DNA of 64,000 nucleotides from the IMG/VR virus record IMGVR_UViG_3300022602_000078, positions 5,652 to 69,651 of that record; one strand, written 5' to 3'. The notes below the pieces were generated by a model. The model was not told the DNA's origin. It worked only from the letters and a program-made list of their open reading frames with translations, and did not search any database. This DNA comes from a virus. Of the stretch, positions 45,601-56,284 are shown piece after piece. The first letter of the stretch is position 1. Each line of letters begins with the position of its first letter. The translations under genes were made by a program, and so were the position numbers.

Positions 45601-48600
45601 TGCTCAAGGACCCACGGCAGGAATCAACACTTTATATGCTCGTCCTGGATTATCAAATTTAATACCAGTGGACAATCTGGGAAATTTAATTGATCCTATA
45701 ACTCTCGGATTAGCTAAGAATGTTACCTCGATAACTAATACCCAATCTTGGAAATTCGGTGACCAAGGAGCCGGAGAAACTGCATGGAGACGTAGCAGTT
45801 ATTGGCCATTTGTTGTACAAAAAATGTTGGCATTAACTCGTCCTGCCACATATGCTTCATTAATGTATGATCCTATTAATATTAATAAGAATATTGCCGG
45901 ACAATGGACTTATGGTTCTAATTACGAATTTTTAAATCTTAAGAACATGCCGATTCAAGGGTTAAATGACACATTAACTAGTGGTTATAGTGTTTATGTA
46001 AGTGAAATCGGGCGTCAACGAACGGGCAATTATAATCAAAACTTATATAACAATCTAACTAATTTAAATGTAAATTTATTTTATAAAGTAGGCGGATTTG
46101 TTAACAATACGGAATTGCAAGTTATTATTGATGCAGTGGATCCCACTAGTACAAGTCCTGGATCTATATTACAGCCAGAAGATTATTCAATTATTTTAAA
46201 TGTTAGTAATCCTATTCGAGCTAGCGCAATCTCCGGAATTATTATACAAAAAAATAATAATAAATTTTTAATTAAAGGATATGATACACAAAACCCATAT
46301 TTTAGTGTATATACATGTATAAGAAATGCCAATACACCTACAATTACTATAGGCGGAGTATCGACATCATTTTTAGTATGGGCACCTAGTATTTCAAATG
46401 GTGATACTGGATTAACATCAGAACAGACAACTACAGCTAATTCGGCGGCCTCTGGAACATTTTATCAGAAAGGACAAATTGTTTTTTATAATGGAAAATA
46501 TTATGTTGTACAAATAAGTCATAAATCTGGTCCTACATTTGATGAAGAATATTTTCAGCAAATAGCTTCATTACCGATTACTGGAGGAACCACAGTACAA
46601 ATTGCTGCAAGATTTGATAAGTCTTCAGTTGAGAAAATAACTTATGGAACAGAATTATCTACCATACAACAAGTATATGATTTAATAATCGGGTATGGTG
46701 CATGGTTACAAGATCAAGGTTTTTCATTTGTAGAATATAATTCAAATTTACAATCGACATTAAATTGGGATTATACATCGAGAGAATTCTTATATTGGAC
46801 TACACAAAATTGGGCCGATCAAAGCGTAATAGCCTTAAGTCCATTTGCTAATCAAATAGTTTTTAACTTATCTAATTCTGTAGTAGATAATATATTTGAT
46901 AGTTTTTATCAATACAATTTATTACAAGCAAATGGAGTTCCATTTCCACAAGATCAATTATCAGTAACTAGAAATAATGGTATATGTACAATACAGACAT
47001 TAAATTCAGTTAATGGAATTTATTTTGCTAGATTAAACTCTGTACAAAAAGAACATGCGATGGTGTTCAATAATTCTACAATATTTAATGATACAATCTA
47101 TGATATAGAAACTGGTTATAGACAAGAAAGAATGAAATTAGTAGGATTTAAAACTGCTAATTGGAATGGTGATTATTTTAGTCCAGGGTTCATATACGAT
47201 CAAGCGGTAATAACTAATTGGAAACAATATACAAAATATATCGTGGGAGATGTTGTATATTATGTAGGAAATTATTATTCTGCGGCAAGAAATTTGGATG
47301 GATCGTCGACTTTTGATTTTACTCAATGGAATTTATTAGGTAAAAAACCTGTCGCTCAATTATTGCCAAATTTTGATTATAAGATTAGTCAGTTTGAAGA
47401 TTTTTATAGTCTTAATATTAACAATTTTGATTCATCTGTACAACAAGCAGCACAAAATTTAATAGGATATACACCACGTAATTACTTAAACAATATTTTT
47501 TCAGATCCTATTGCCCAATATAAATTCTATCAAGGATTTATTAGGGAAAAAGGAACAAAGAACGCTATTACAAAATTAGCTCGCGCTAGTATCAATACAT
47601 TAGATAGTAAAATAGAATATAATGAAGAATGGGCATTTCGTGTAGGTTATTATGGATCTTATTCCTCATTTAATGAAATTGAAGTTCCTTTAATCGAAGG
47701 ATCTTTTGTTGATAATCCTCAAATTATTAGTTTTGTTGACAAACTTCCTTCCAGTACTTCACAATTAATTGAATATGCATTGCCCAGTAATTTGGCTATT
47801 GTGCCTCAAAATTATCAAGCAAATAATACTTTTGTTACAACATCATCGAGTGATATATTTCGATTGGACGTTGCTGGTTATCCTCGAATCGATGATGTCG
47901 ATTCAACAATATTTAATCAAGATGCTATATTAAATCTTACTAGTACAATTTCTATTAGTAAAGGCAGTACAATATGGTTAGGCAATACTACCAATAATGA
48001 TTGGGATGTTTTACGTTACACATTATCTTCCGCTAGGGTCGTTAGTTTAATAATTGACAATACAGTAGAACATCAATTTAATTTAATAACAGACAATAGA
48101 CACAATTTATCAATAGGACAATTTATTTCTATTGCCGAATTTGATGCACTGGTAGACGGTGTTTACCAAGTTAATACTATTCCTAATATTAATGAATTTA
48201 CAATTATTAGTACTGCATCTTTTATCACTGTTAATATTAAACCTAGTACTCCTGGTTTATTGTTTACATTTAATAGTGCTAGATATGATAATTTTGATGG
48301 GTTACCCACTGATGATATATTATTAGATTTAAATAAAAATTCCATTGTATGGACTGATGATGACGGAACAGGAAACTGGGCAGTTTATCAAAAAATAAAA
48401 AATTATGATGACAATCTTATAAGACAACACCCGCTCTCATCTGGACAGAAATTAGGGTGGAGTATTAGTAAAAAAAGAAATTCTAATATTTTCTTAGTTG
48501 GTGCTCCGGGGTATATGGATTCTAAAAATTCAGGAAATGTTTCTGTTTATTTAGAACATTCGGGATTTCTTCCTTTACAATTCGATTATGGCATTAATAA

Positions 48601-51600
48601 TAATTCTATCAACACATATTGTTCATTAGATTTTGAAACAGGATTTGGACAAAGTGTAATATATGATGATACTTATAGCACATCTTCTTATGGTTTAATG
48701 TTTGTTGGAGCACCATTAGCTAGCAATGTTAAATGGACTAATACAGGAACAGTAAACACAGTTACTACAGTTGCTACTCCATCAATAAATGTTCAAGAGG
48801 GTTTAGTAAAAATTAGTAGTATTAACCCTAACATAATTAATGAAGTCACACAATTAGTATTAGCAAGCCCATATCCTAATAGTTATGAACAATTCGGACA
48901 TAGTTTATATGAAGCAGGATTGCCTTCTGCAAGATTATTATTAGTTGGAGCACCACAAACAACTAATTCAGGACCAGGTAATGTATATGCTTATTGGATA
49001 TCAACTACTACAAATGATATAGCAAATAATATTTCCTATATAGGAAATGTTAGTACATCATCCATTACTAGGGTAGGTAGTTTATGGGGGAACGCGATTA
49101 GCGGATCTGCGAATGCTGAATATATAGCAATCGGAGCTCCTGGGTATTTTACAGGAACGGGGTTAGTATCAATATTTGCGGGAGTATCACTTACATATTC
49201 GCAAACAATAATTAGTCCTTTTGGAAAAACTGGAAATTTCGGAGAATCAATTGCCCTTAATACTTCGGGAAATTATTTGTTTGTTTCGGCTCCTAATTCT
49301 AGATCATCTAATCAATCTTATGGTAAGGTTGCAGTATATAATAATGAATCGGGAATTTATACACTAACACAAATTATATCAAATCCTATTCCTGGAATAG
49401 GAATGAAATTCGGTCAAGCAATAGACGTTAATTCCGATGCTACGGAATTAACAATTACCGCATTAGGTACTAACAAACATATTATTGATACATTTGATGT
49501 TTACTCTCGCCCATTATCAAATAGTAAATCTTTATTCAATACACCATATGTAAATGATTCCAACAGTATACTTTCAGATGTTCCTACTACTTTTGATTTG
49601 GGATCGACTACGTTTTTTGATACTATAATTTATTCAGGTACTGCATATGTTTATAACAGAAAACAAAATTTATTTAAATTAGCAGAAGAATTAGTACCAT
49701 TAGATACTAATACGGGAACTAATTTTGGATTTAGTCTCGCGGTTAATGATAATACCATTTATGTAGGAGCACCTGCTTATAAAAATAAAATATCTCCGGA
49801 TAATGCAGTTAGTGCATTTACTCAGTATTATAAAATTAATCAAACAGCAACAAGCTGGAATTTATTAAGATACCAGGATCGATTAGTAGATGTTGATACT
49901 ATACAAAAAATAACAGTATTTGATACATTTAATGATGATGTATTAAGTTATTTAGAAGTTATTGATCCGTTAAAGGGTAAAATAGCAGGAATTGCGGATC
50001 AAGAATTAAAATATAAAACATCATTCGATCCTGCGATATATTCTATATCCAATAATTCAACGGTTAATAACCTTAATACCAATTGGCAAGATTCGCATGT
50101 AGGAGAGTTATGGTGGGATTTAAGTACAGCAAAATATACTTGGTATGAACAAGGTGAACTAGAATATAGAAGAAATAATTGGGGAGCATTATTCCCAGGA
50201 TCCAGCATTGATGTTTATGAATGGGTAGAATCAACATTATTACCTAGCCAATGGGCTGCCCAGGCAGATACTACAACAGGATTGGCCTCTGGAATTAGCG
50301 GCCAACCAAAATATTCTGATAATAGTGTATTATCTGTAAAACAAGTCTATAATAAAATTAGCGGTAATTTTACAAATTATTATTATTATTGGGTTAAAAG
50401 TTCGATAATAGTCCCTAACGCTTCTAATAGAAGAATATCATGTAATGATGTAATATCAATAATTTCTAATCCTAAAACTTATGGATTACAATATGCCGAT
50501 ATTATATCTAGTAATGCTGTAGCCGTAGCTAATATAGATAATTTGCTAGTCGATGACAGGATAAATTTGAATATTTCATCTGATATTATTAATAATTCTA
50601 TTCCTCGACATACGGAATGGTTATTATTAGAAGAAAATAATCAAAATAGTGTACCAAATGCATTATTAGAGAAAAAATTATTTGATAGTTTAATGGGACA
50701 TGATAATTTAGGAAATCCTGTTCCAGATCCTGCACTGTCTCAACGACAAGCATATGGTATCGAAATTCGACCACGGCAGTCTATGTTTAAAAATAGAATC
50801 ACTGCCTTAAGAAATGTTATAGAATTTACCAATAATATTTTAATTAATGAACGTATTGTAGGCAGTTATAGTTTTGAAAATTTAGATAAGCAAGAATTAC
50901 CTCCAGATAGTTACAGTAACACTTATGATCAAATAGTAGAAGATGATGACGCATTATCGTTAATAGACACTACTGGTTTTGTAACAGCGATTTTTACTTG
51001 TACTCTTACAACAAGCACGGGTCAAATATTAGGTATTGATATTATAAATTCCGGAATGGGATACTTAGTTAATCCTACAGTTACAGTAGAGGGAGATACC
51101 TCAGGGGCGTTAATTACCACAGAAATTAATACTGCAACCGGAGCTATTCTTTCTGTATCAATTATTAATCCCGGAGCAGGATTTGTGACGGCGCCCACAT
51201 TAACTGTTCGTCCATATACAGTTATTGTTCAAGCAGATTTTACTTCTAACGGTAAATGGGCCATATATAGTTATATTAATAATAACTGGATTAAAGTAAG
51301 AACTCAACTGTATAATACTACATTATATTGGAATTATGTCGACTGGATCAGCCCAGATTATAACAAATATATCAATTATGCTGCTATTGTTAATGATATA
51401 TATGGTCTTAATGAATTAACTTCTTTAAGCAGCGGCGATTATGTAAAAATTAATAATGGAGGGTTGGGTAACTATATTATAGTAGAAAAGGTTGAATCAG
51501 GCGTTCTCGGCAATTTCAATAATAATTTTAATGTAGTATATTCTCAAAATGGTACTATACAGATTTCAAATAATCTATGGGACATACCAGATAGTAATTT

Positions 51601-54600
51601 CGGATTTGATGAAATAAACACATGGGATCAAACCCTATATGATCAAATTCCAGATTTAGAATTAAAATATATTTTAGCAGCAATAAAAGAAGATCTATTC
51701 ATTAACGATTTAAAGGTTAATTGGAACTTGTTCTTTTTCACAGCAGTAAAATATGCGTTATCTGAGCAAAAACAATTAGACTGGGCATTCAAAACATCAT
51801 TTATTAGTGCAATTAATTATGCAGGAGAATTAAGTCAACCACCCGTATATAAATTATTGGATACTACTAATTTTGAAGATTATGTATCGGAAGTTAAACC
51901 TTATCATACACAGATCAGAGAATTTATAACCGATTATACTGTGCTAGAACCTACAAATTCTTATACAACAGATTTTGATTTACCATCGTATTATGATAAT
52001 ACCTTAGGTAGATTCAATAGTATTCAATTAGGAAATCCATTATTGTCTGAGTATCCTTGGAAATCTTGGGCGGATAATTACACTTATCAAATAGGTAGTA
52101 TCGAGGTTGCAAAATCTGGTTCGGGGTATACTTCTGCACCGACTGTAGTAATAACCACAGCTACGGGAGATACCGGTTCGGGAGCAAAAGCAGTCGCTTA
52201 TATATCATTAGGTAAAGTTTCTCAAATCGAAGTTATTGATTCTGGGTCGGGATATGTTATTCCTCCAGTAATTACAATAGTTGGTGGCGGCGCAATTACC
52301 ACTGCTACAGCATATCCTTATCTATCAAATAATGTAGTTAGAGAACCTACTATTACAATGAAATTTGATAGAATTAGTTCTACATCTTCTATAACAACCT
52401 TACCGGTAGTTGATTCATTTATTGCTAATGGGCAAACAGCAGATTTTATATTATCATGGCCTGCAGTTCCAGATAAAACTAAAATAAAGGTAACTAATAG
52501 TTCTACACAGGTTTTCCCATCAGATTACACAATAATTTATTATTCTAATTCTTATAATGGATTTAATACAGTTTATAGTAAAATTGTATTTTTAAATTAC
52601 GTGCCTGCAATTAATAATTTAATAACAGTTTCTTATATTAAAAATATAAATGTCTTGACTGCTGCCGATAGAATATTAAATTATTATTCTCCAACATCGG
52701 GTATGCCGGGCGTAGACCTTGCTCAGGTAATGACAGGTATCGAATATCCAGGAACTAATTTACAAAGTCCAGGATTTTTTGATAATACTCCTTTAGATAC
52801 TGAAATTTCAGGTGGTGATTTAGGATACACTGTTGCTACTGGTACAGAAACAACTGATATTATTATAGATGGTGACGGATTTATTACTCCTAATACTAGT
52901 TATGGGCCTGAGGAATTAATTCCCGGTGAAATTAATGAAAGTTTAGGCATTAATGTTTACACTAAGAATAGCAATGGGTCACCAATAGTATTATCGTCAT
53001 CATTCGATATATTTGCTGGTATAACTGCTATTAGAACAATGTCTATTGTTCCTCCGGATTATGCTAGCATCCTAGTAGCTTTTGAAGGCACAATTTTTAC
53101 ATATGTTCCCGAGAACAATTTTTCAACTTCCACCACTTATCAGTATTCAATCGATTGGCAAACTAATCAAATGATTATTCCTCCGCAGCCAAAAAGCGGA
53201 AAACTATCATATAGTATTGTACAAGAAGGAGGGTTGTCGACCCCACATCAAACAGGATTTATTGATTTTTCTACAGTGAATACTGTTACTACTTCAACAT
53301 CGATTATTCAAGTAAGAGGAATAAGTGGCGGTGATACTGTTAATTCTGCGTTTGTCACGATAAACGGACAATCTATTACTACTTCTACTATTACATCTCC
53401 CTATTATTCGTTAATTGACGGAATTGTAACAGTTTATGGATTGCCAGCAGGTATTAGTACTATTACTGCATGGTTTTTTGGAACTTCTCATCAATTGTTT
53501 AACGAAATCAATGAACAAGTATTTGAAATCACTGAAGGACTCATTCCCAATATTGCAACCCCTCAACAATATCTATTACCATTGACATATCCTCCGGGCA
53601 ATGTTAAACCTGAAATAGCAAGTGTTTTAGTTGAATTTTATAATAGTGTTACAGGAGGAACTCGTTTATTAATACCTCCTCATATTGATTATTATCAAAT
53701 AACTTCTGATGAAGTTAAAAATCCTGTATTTCTTATTAATAATTTAAATGGTGCCGGTAATGTTTATAACACTACTAATGTTAGAGTATATATTAACGGT
53801 TCACAATTAAATCCAGGATTCGATTACTCTGTTCAATCAGATATTAATAGCTATGTAACAATACTAACAAAATTATTCGTTAAAGATGTAGTAGCAATTT
53901 TAAGTAAACCGGGATACAATGATGGTAATCAAAATATTGATTTACAAAATTATGAATATGATATAGAAGACGGCAATTTATATCTATGTGTACCACCAAA
54001 TAATGGGTTAGTATTAACAGGATGGAATATTAATAATATAGGTGAAATTAGAGTTATCACATATACTAATCAAGATGACATGATGATAGAAACACAGTCA
54101 TTCTTCGGCAATGATACCGGACGTTTCCAAGTTGTTAGACCTATATTAAATGAAAATTATGTTTGGGTCACAGTCAATCAAGTTCCTATCGTTAATTTTG
54201 TTGATTTTAATATACTTGATGACCAAGTTACAATTCAATTATCCGATAAATTTGTATTAACTAGCGCAGACATTATAGAAATAATTAGTTTTAATAGTAT
54301 CGATTCTGTCGCCACTGTGGTTGGATATAGAATATTTGAAGATTTATTTGATAGAACACATTTTACTCGATTGAGTCATCATAATTCAACTTATCTAACA
54401 AGTCCTTTATATTCGACTAGTACCAACATTTATGTAAATGATGTATCGATATTAACACCTCCATCCGATGACAACGCTATACCTGGTGTAGTATTAATTG
54501 ATGGGGAACGTATAGAATTCCTTAGTATTGATTATTCTAATAATGTTTTAGGACAACTTCGTAGAGCAACACTAGGAACAGGTCCTAAAGATGTCAGTGT

Positions 54601-55600
54601 AATAGATACAATAGTATTTGATCAAGGATCTTTACAGAATATTCCTTCATACAGTGAATCTATATTAGTACAAAGTACATTAACTACAGCCGGAACGGTT
54701 GTTTATTCTATATCAACTGCATCCACAGTTACAAATTATAATGTAGGATCGATATTTACAGGTACATTTATTAATGATGGTATTACATTATCGCCATTGA
54801 TTAACGCAATTGATCAAGTAACAGTATATTATGGTGGACGATTATTGAATAAGGTAGGAACATATCAGCAAGATGTTAATATATCTTACAATTCTCCAAT
54901 TATAAACTTTAATACATCCACTTCGGCCGGGCTTATTCAAGTACCATTTGTACAAGATTTACCCATTACAACTAATATTGGTGATGCAGGAATTGTATTG
55001 AATATATTAACAACATCTACTCCGACAGCCAATATTACTGCAGAGGTATCGGCAGGATCAACAATACTTCCTATCTATGGATATATTGAAGCATCATTAA
55101 TTAATATAGGGGATTATGTACAATGTGTATTTTATTCCAATGGTGGGCCGGTATCTGCAATTCCCGATGGAACTACTATAATTGATTTTACAACCGTAAG
55201 TGGATTTGTAAATAATATAACATTAAGTACTGCTACTATTATTGATTTGCCAACAAGCCCAGTAACGATTGTAACAATTTACCCTTATACAACTTCTAAT
55301 CAAGTTTGGGTATATGAAAATTCCACAGACCCTAGAGCAGTTAATGGGTATGTTTATCGAGGAGTAACTTATACTCCTCCGGAATTTACAATAACTACTT
55401 CTACTCAGCAAATTAATCTGAATATTGCAGCCGGAATAGAAAATGGTGTTAAATTAACGGTGGTACAGAAACAGATTTCCACAGCAACTTGGTGGAATTA
55501 TGGTGTATCATTATTAGATAGTACTACGGTGAATGCGAAATTCTTACAAAAAGAACTATCTGCGATACCCACTGCGTATTATTATGGTAACAATCCTTAA
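42689..55600 (+). CDS. Giant (4303 aa) baseplate/virion structural protein with FG-GAP-like repeats
   Basis: Single open frame after gp6 (gp7 position); repeated 'FG.S.....L.VGAP' propeller motifs; CBM5/12-like 'YQKGQIVFYNGKYY' and 'YIVGDVVYYVGNYY'; 'GSGYTSAPTV' modules. Confidence 0.8.
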   Translation: MATNFIQSVNLLPDFLQTDKNTKFLASTIDQLIQKPQLERLDGYIGSTNTPTYTTSDVYISEFSNLRTDYQLTPSLIVQDELGNISSVVAIDDLVNEINLYGGNTDNFDRLFRSDFYSYDPKIDWDKLVNYQQYYWLINGPDLLILNNVESVVSNILGRTTYSINGITLSNGMKISFDNTVETFYQNKEFFVEGVGTSIVLIDLSTLTGTESVDTLYTDSFDASQFDQYPFDGTVKLPLSPDYITINRASQDLNPWTRNNRWVHADVIAASAAATNQIPVYPSNLRATRPIIEFAANLKLYNFGTSGIPNVDYIDNTITDVFSTISGSTSTVIIDGVSIAPGTAKNNTVIFLADNNPAVAGKIYQINYITIAGQLRLTLTEIDTLIVGSATAVNYGKTNAGTSWWYNGLTWIYAQQYTTNNQAPLFDLFDDQGHSYSDTTYYSSNFTGNQIFGYGVGTGISDPVLGFPLQYKNNLDLNAAYLFQNYFMNDTITIIEDNQLTLIPTKITYFKIGENYFNVWNKAAEYPIPVLTSNLTATTSTYYNLPLGLTNNPLNGPIKSFTLSDLTNHVNTMASNTLSGFVAANTASTILVPGNSNLRDIGDISIYGSRLISNINPMPYAHLFIGTKENSVIDALTKAADQYNQFKMGFLKKISAISIQTDPVLAVDTALSEMNANKTSVSSYYFSDMVPYGTDFISRTWTVINSANTVYPITSPYDPTALTLRAILVYVNGTQLIYGQDYEFVANDPYVQFLITLNVGDVIIINDFTNTKGNYIPSTPTKLGLYPKFTPRIFLDNTYIIPVNVIQGHDGSIMTAYNDHRDEIILEFEKRIYNNIKSNYRSELLDINVSSPGAYRTSDYSIDEINTIIQQDFIKWANYYGIDYTVNTTFNQDNYFTWNYTSGYNNNTNTLLFGSWRAIYKYFYDTDRPHTNPWEMLGFSEEPSWWVNQYGEAPYTSNNDSLWDDLEAGSIAQGPTAGINTLYARPGLSNLIPVDNLGNLIDPITLGLAKNVTSITNTQSWKFGDQGAGETAWRRSSYWPFVVQKMLALTRPATYASLMYDPININKNIAGQWTYGSNYEFLNLKNMPIQGLNDTLTSGYSVYVSEIGRQRTGNYNQNLYNNLTNLNVNLFYKVGGFVNNTELQVIIDAVDPTSTSPGSILQPEDYSIILNVSNPIRASAISGIIIQKNNNKFLIKGYDTQNPYFSVYTCIRNANTPTITIGGVSTSFLVWAPSISNGDTGLTSEQTTTANSAASGTFYQKGQIVFYNGKYYVVQISHKSGPTFDEEYFQQIASLPITGGTTVQIAARFDKSSVEKITYGTELSTIQQVYDLIIGYGAWLQDQGFSFVEYNSNLQSTLNWDYTSREFLYWTTQNWADQSVIALSPFANQIVFNLSNSVVDNIFDSFYQYNLLQANGVPFPQDQLSVTRNNGICTIQTLNSVNGIYFARLNSVQKEHAMVFNNSTIFNDTIYDIETGYRQERMKLVGFKTANWNGDYFSPGFIYDQAVITNWKQYTKYIVGDVVYYVGNYYSAARNLDGSSTFDFTQWNLLGKKPVAQLLPNFDYKISQFEDFYSLNINNFDSSVQQAAQNLIGYTPRNYLNNIFSDPIAQYKFYQGFIREKGTKNAITKLARASINTLDSKIEYNEEWAFRVGYYGSYSSFNEIEVPLIEGSFVDNPQIISFVDKLPSSTSQLIEYALPSNLAIVPQNYQANNTFVTTSSSDIFRLDVAGYPRIDDVDSTIFNQDAILNLTSTISISKGSTIWLGNTTNNDWDVLRYTLSSARVVSLIIDNTVEHQFNLITDNRHNLSIGQFISIAEFDALVDGVYQVNTIPNINEFTIISTASFITVNIKPSTPGLLFTFNSARYDNFDGLPTDDILLDLNKNSIVWTDDDGTGNWAVYQKIKNYDDNLIRQHPLSSGQKLGWSISKKRNSNIFLVGAPGYMDSKNSGNVSVYLEHSGFLPLQFDYGINNNSINTYCSLDFETGFGQSVIYDDTYSTSSYGLMFVGAPLASNVKWTNTGTVNTVTTVATPSINVQEGLVKISSINPNIINEVTQLVLASPYPNSYEQFGHSLYEAGLPSARLLLVGAPQTTNSGPGNVYAYWISTTTNDIANNISYIGNVSTSSITRVGSLWGNAISGSANAEYIAIGAPGYFTGTGLVSIFAGVSLTYSQTIISPFGKTGNFGESIALNTSGNYLFVSAPNSRSSNQSYGKVAVYNNESGIYTLTQIISNPIPGIGMKFGQAIDVNSDATELTITALGTNKHIIDTFDVYSRPLSNSKSLFNTPYVNDSNSILSDVPTTFDLGSTTFFDTIIYSGTAYVYNRKQNLFKLAEELVPLDTNTGTNFGFSLAVNDNTIYVGAPAYKNKISPDNAVSAFTQYYKINQTATSWNLLRYQDRLVDVDTIQKITVFDTFNDDVLSYLEVIDPLKGKIAGIADQELKYKTSFDPAIYSISNNSTVNNLNTNWQDSHVGELWWDLSTAKYTWYEQGELEYRRNNWGALFPGSSIDVYEWVESTLLPSQWAAQADTTTGLASGISGQPKYSDNSVLSVKQVYNKISGNFTNYYYYWVKSSIIVPNASNRRISCNDVISIISNPKTYGLQYADIISSNAVAVANIDNLLVDDRINLNISSDIINNSIPRHTEWLLLEENNQNSVPNALLEKKLFDSLMGHDNLGNPVPDPALSQRQAYGIEIRPRQSMFKNRITALRNVIEFTNNILINERIVGSYSFENLDKQELPPDSYSNTYDQIVEDDDALSLIDTTGFVTAIFTCTLTTSTGQILGIDIINSGMGYLVNPTVTVEGDTSGALITTEINTATGAILSVSIINPGAGFVTAPTLTVRPYTVIVQADFTSNGKWAIYSYINNNWIKVRTQLYNTTLYWNYVDWISPDYNKYINYAAIVNDIYGLNELTSLSSGDYVKINNGGLGNYIIVEKVESGVLGNFNNNFNVVYSQNGTIQISNNLWDIPDSNFGFDEINTWDQTLYDQIPDLELKYILAAIKEDLFINDLKVNWNLFFFTAVKYALSEQKQLDWAFKTSFISAINYAGELSQPPVYKLLDTTNFEDYVSEVKPYHTQIREFITDYTVLEPTNSYTTDFDLPSYYDNTLGRFNSIQLGNPLLSEYPWKSWADNYTYQIGSIEVAKSGSGYTSAPTVVITTATGDTGSGAKAVAYISLGKVSQIEVIDSGSGYVIPPVITIVGGGAITTATAYPYLSNNVVREPTITMKFDRISSTSSITTLPVVDSFIANGQTADFILSWPAVPDKTKIKVTNSSTQVFPSDYTIIYYSNSYNGFNTVYSKIVFLNYVPAINNLITVSYIKNINVLTAADRILNYYSPTSGMPGVDLAQVMTGIEYPGTNLQSPGFFDNTPLDTEISGGDLGYTVATGTETTDIIIDGDGFITPNTSYGPEELIPGEINESLGINVYTKNSNGSPIVLSSSFDIFAGITAIRTMSIVPPDYASILVAFEGTIFTYVPENNFSTSTTYQYSIDWQTNQMIIPPQPKSGKLSYSIVQEGGLSTPHQTGFIDFSTVNTVTTSTSIIQVRGISGGDTVNSAFVTINGQSITTSTITSPYYSLIDGIVTVYGLPAGISTITAWFFGTSHQLFNEINEQVFEITEGLIPNIATPQQYLLPLTYPPGNVKPEIASVLVEFYNSVTGGTRLLIPPHIDYYQITSDEVKNPVFLINNLNGAGNVYNTTNVRVYINGSQLNPGFDYSVQSDINSYVTILTKLFVKDVVAILSKPGYNDGNQNIDLQNYEYDIEDGNLYLCVPPNNGLVLTGWNINNIGEIRVITYTNQDDMMIETQSFFGNDTGRFQVVRPILNENYVWVTVNQVPIVNFVDFNILDDQVTIQLSDKFVLTSADIIEIISFNSIDSVATVVGYRIFEDLFDRTHFTRLSHHNSTYLTSPLYSTSTNIYVNDVSILTPPSDDNAIPGVVLIDGERIEFLSIDYSNNVLGQLRRATLGTGPKDVSVIDTIVFDQGSLQNIPSYSESILVQSTLTTAGTVVYSISTASTVTNYNVGSIFTGTFINDGITLSPLINAIDQVTVYYGGRLLNKVGTYQQDVNISYNSPIINFNTSTSAGLIQVPFVQDLPITTNIGDAGIVLNILTTSTPTANITAEVSAGSTILPIYGYIEASLINIGDYVQCVFYSNGGPVSAIPDGTTIIDFTTVSGFVNNITLSTATIIDLPTSPVTIVTIYPYTTSNQVWVYENSTDPRAVNGYVYRGVTYTPPEFTITTSTQQINLNIAAGIENGVKLTVVQKQISTATWWNYGVSLLDSTTVNAKFLQKELSAIPTAYYYGNNP

Positions 55601-55609
55601 TTAGCTTAG

Positions 55610-55617
55610 TATAAATA
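55610..55617 (+). promoter_or_regulatory. Late promoter TATAAATA
   Basis: Exact consensus 6 nt before ATG 55624. Confidence 0.75.
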
Positions 55618-55623
55618 TATTTT

Positions 55624-56283
55624 ATGGAACAGTCTAAAATTATGAATAATCAATTACAGTCCCGAGAAAATACAACGATTGCTCGCCCTAATGAGCAAGG
55701 TACGGTAAAAATTCAAGGTCACATTAAGATATTTGATCCTGTAACTAATGAAGTTTTTGTCGATAAACGTAATGCTATAAATTATGAAAACTTTTCATTA
55801 GCCTTGGCGCAAAGTATGAGCAATCAGGGATACGGTACTATCTCACAAATGGCTTTTGGAAATGGAGGAACACAGATAGATGATACGGGAATTATAACCT
55901 ATCTTACCCCAAATACTGTGGGTCCAACTGCTGCCCTTTATAATCAAACATATAGCAAAGTAATAGATGCTAGTTTACCCAGCGATCTAGATCCTGCTAG
56001 AAACTTTATGCAGGTACGTCATGTATTAGGAGCGGCATATAGTGATATTTTAGTTAGTTGTTTGTTAGATTTCGGTGAACCAGCTGGGCAAGCTGCTTTT
56101 GATAATGCTACGAATCTCAATGGTACATATATTTTTGATGAATTAGGGTTAATGGCTTATACTTCAACAGGAGATAGCTTATTATTAACTCATGTTATAT
56201 TTCATCCCGTACAAAAATCATTAAACAGAATGATTCAAATTGATTATACTGTAAGAGTGCAAAGTTTAACAAACGGAATGTAA
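55624..56283 (+). CDS. Baseplate/tail-fibre attachment structural protein
   Basis: 'GHIKIFD...KRNAI', 'MAFGNGG', 'FDELGL...LLTHVIFHPVQKS...IDYTVR'. Confidence 0.65.
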   Translation: MEQSKIMNNQLQSRENTTIARPNEQGTVKIQGHIKIFDPVTNEVFVDKRNAINYENFSLALAQSMSNQGYGTISQMAFGNGGTQIDDTGIITYLTPNTVGPTAALYNQTYSKVIDASLPSDLDPARNFMQVRHVLGAAYSDILVSCLLDFGEPAGQAAFDNATNLNGTYIFDELGLMAYTSTGDSLLLTHVIFHPVQKSLNRMIQIDYTVRVQSLTNGM

Positions 56284-56284
56284 T

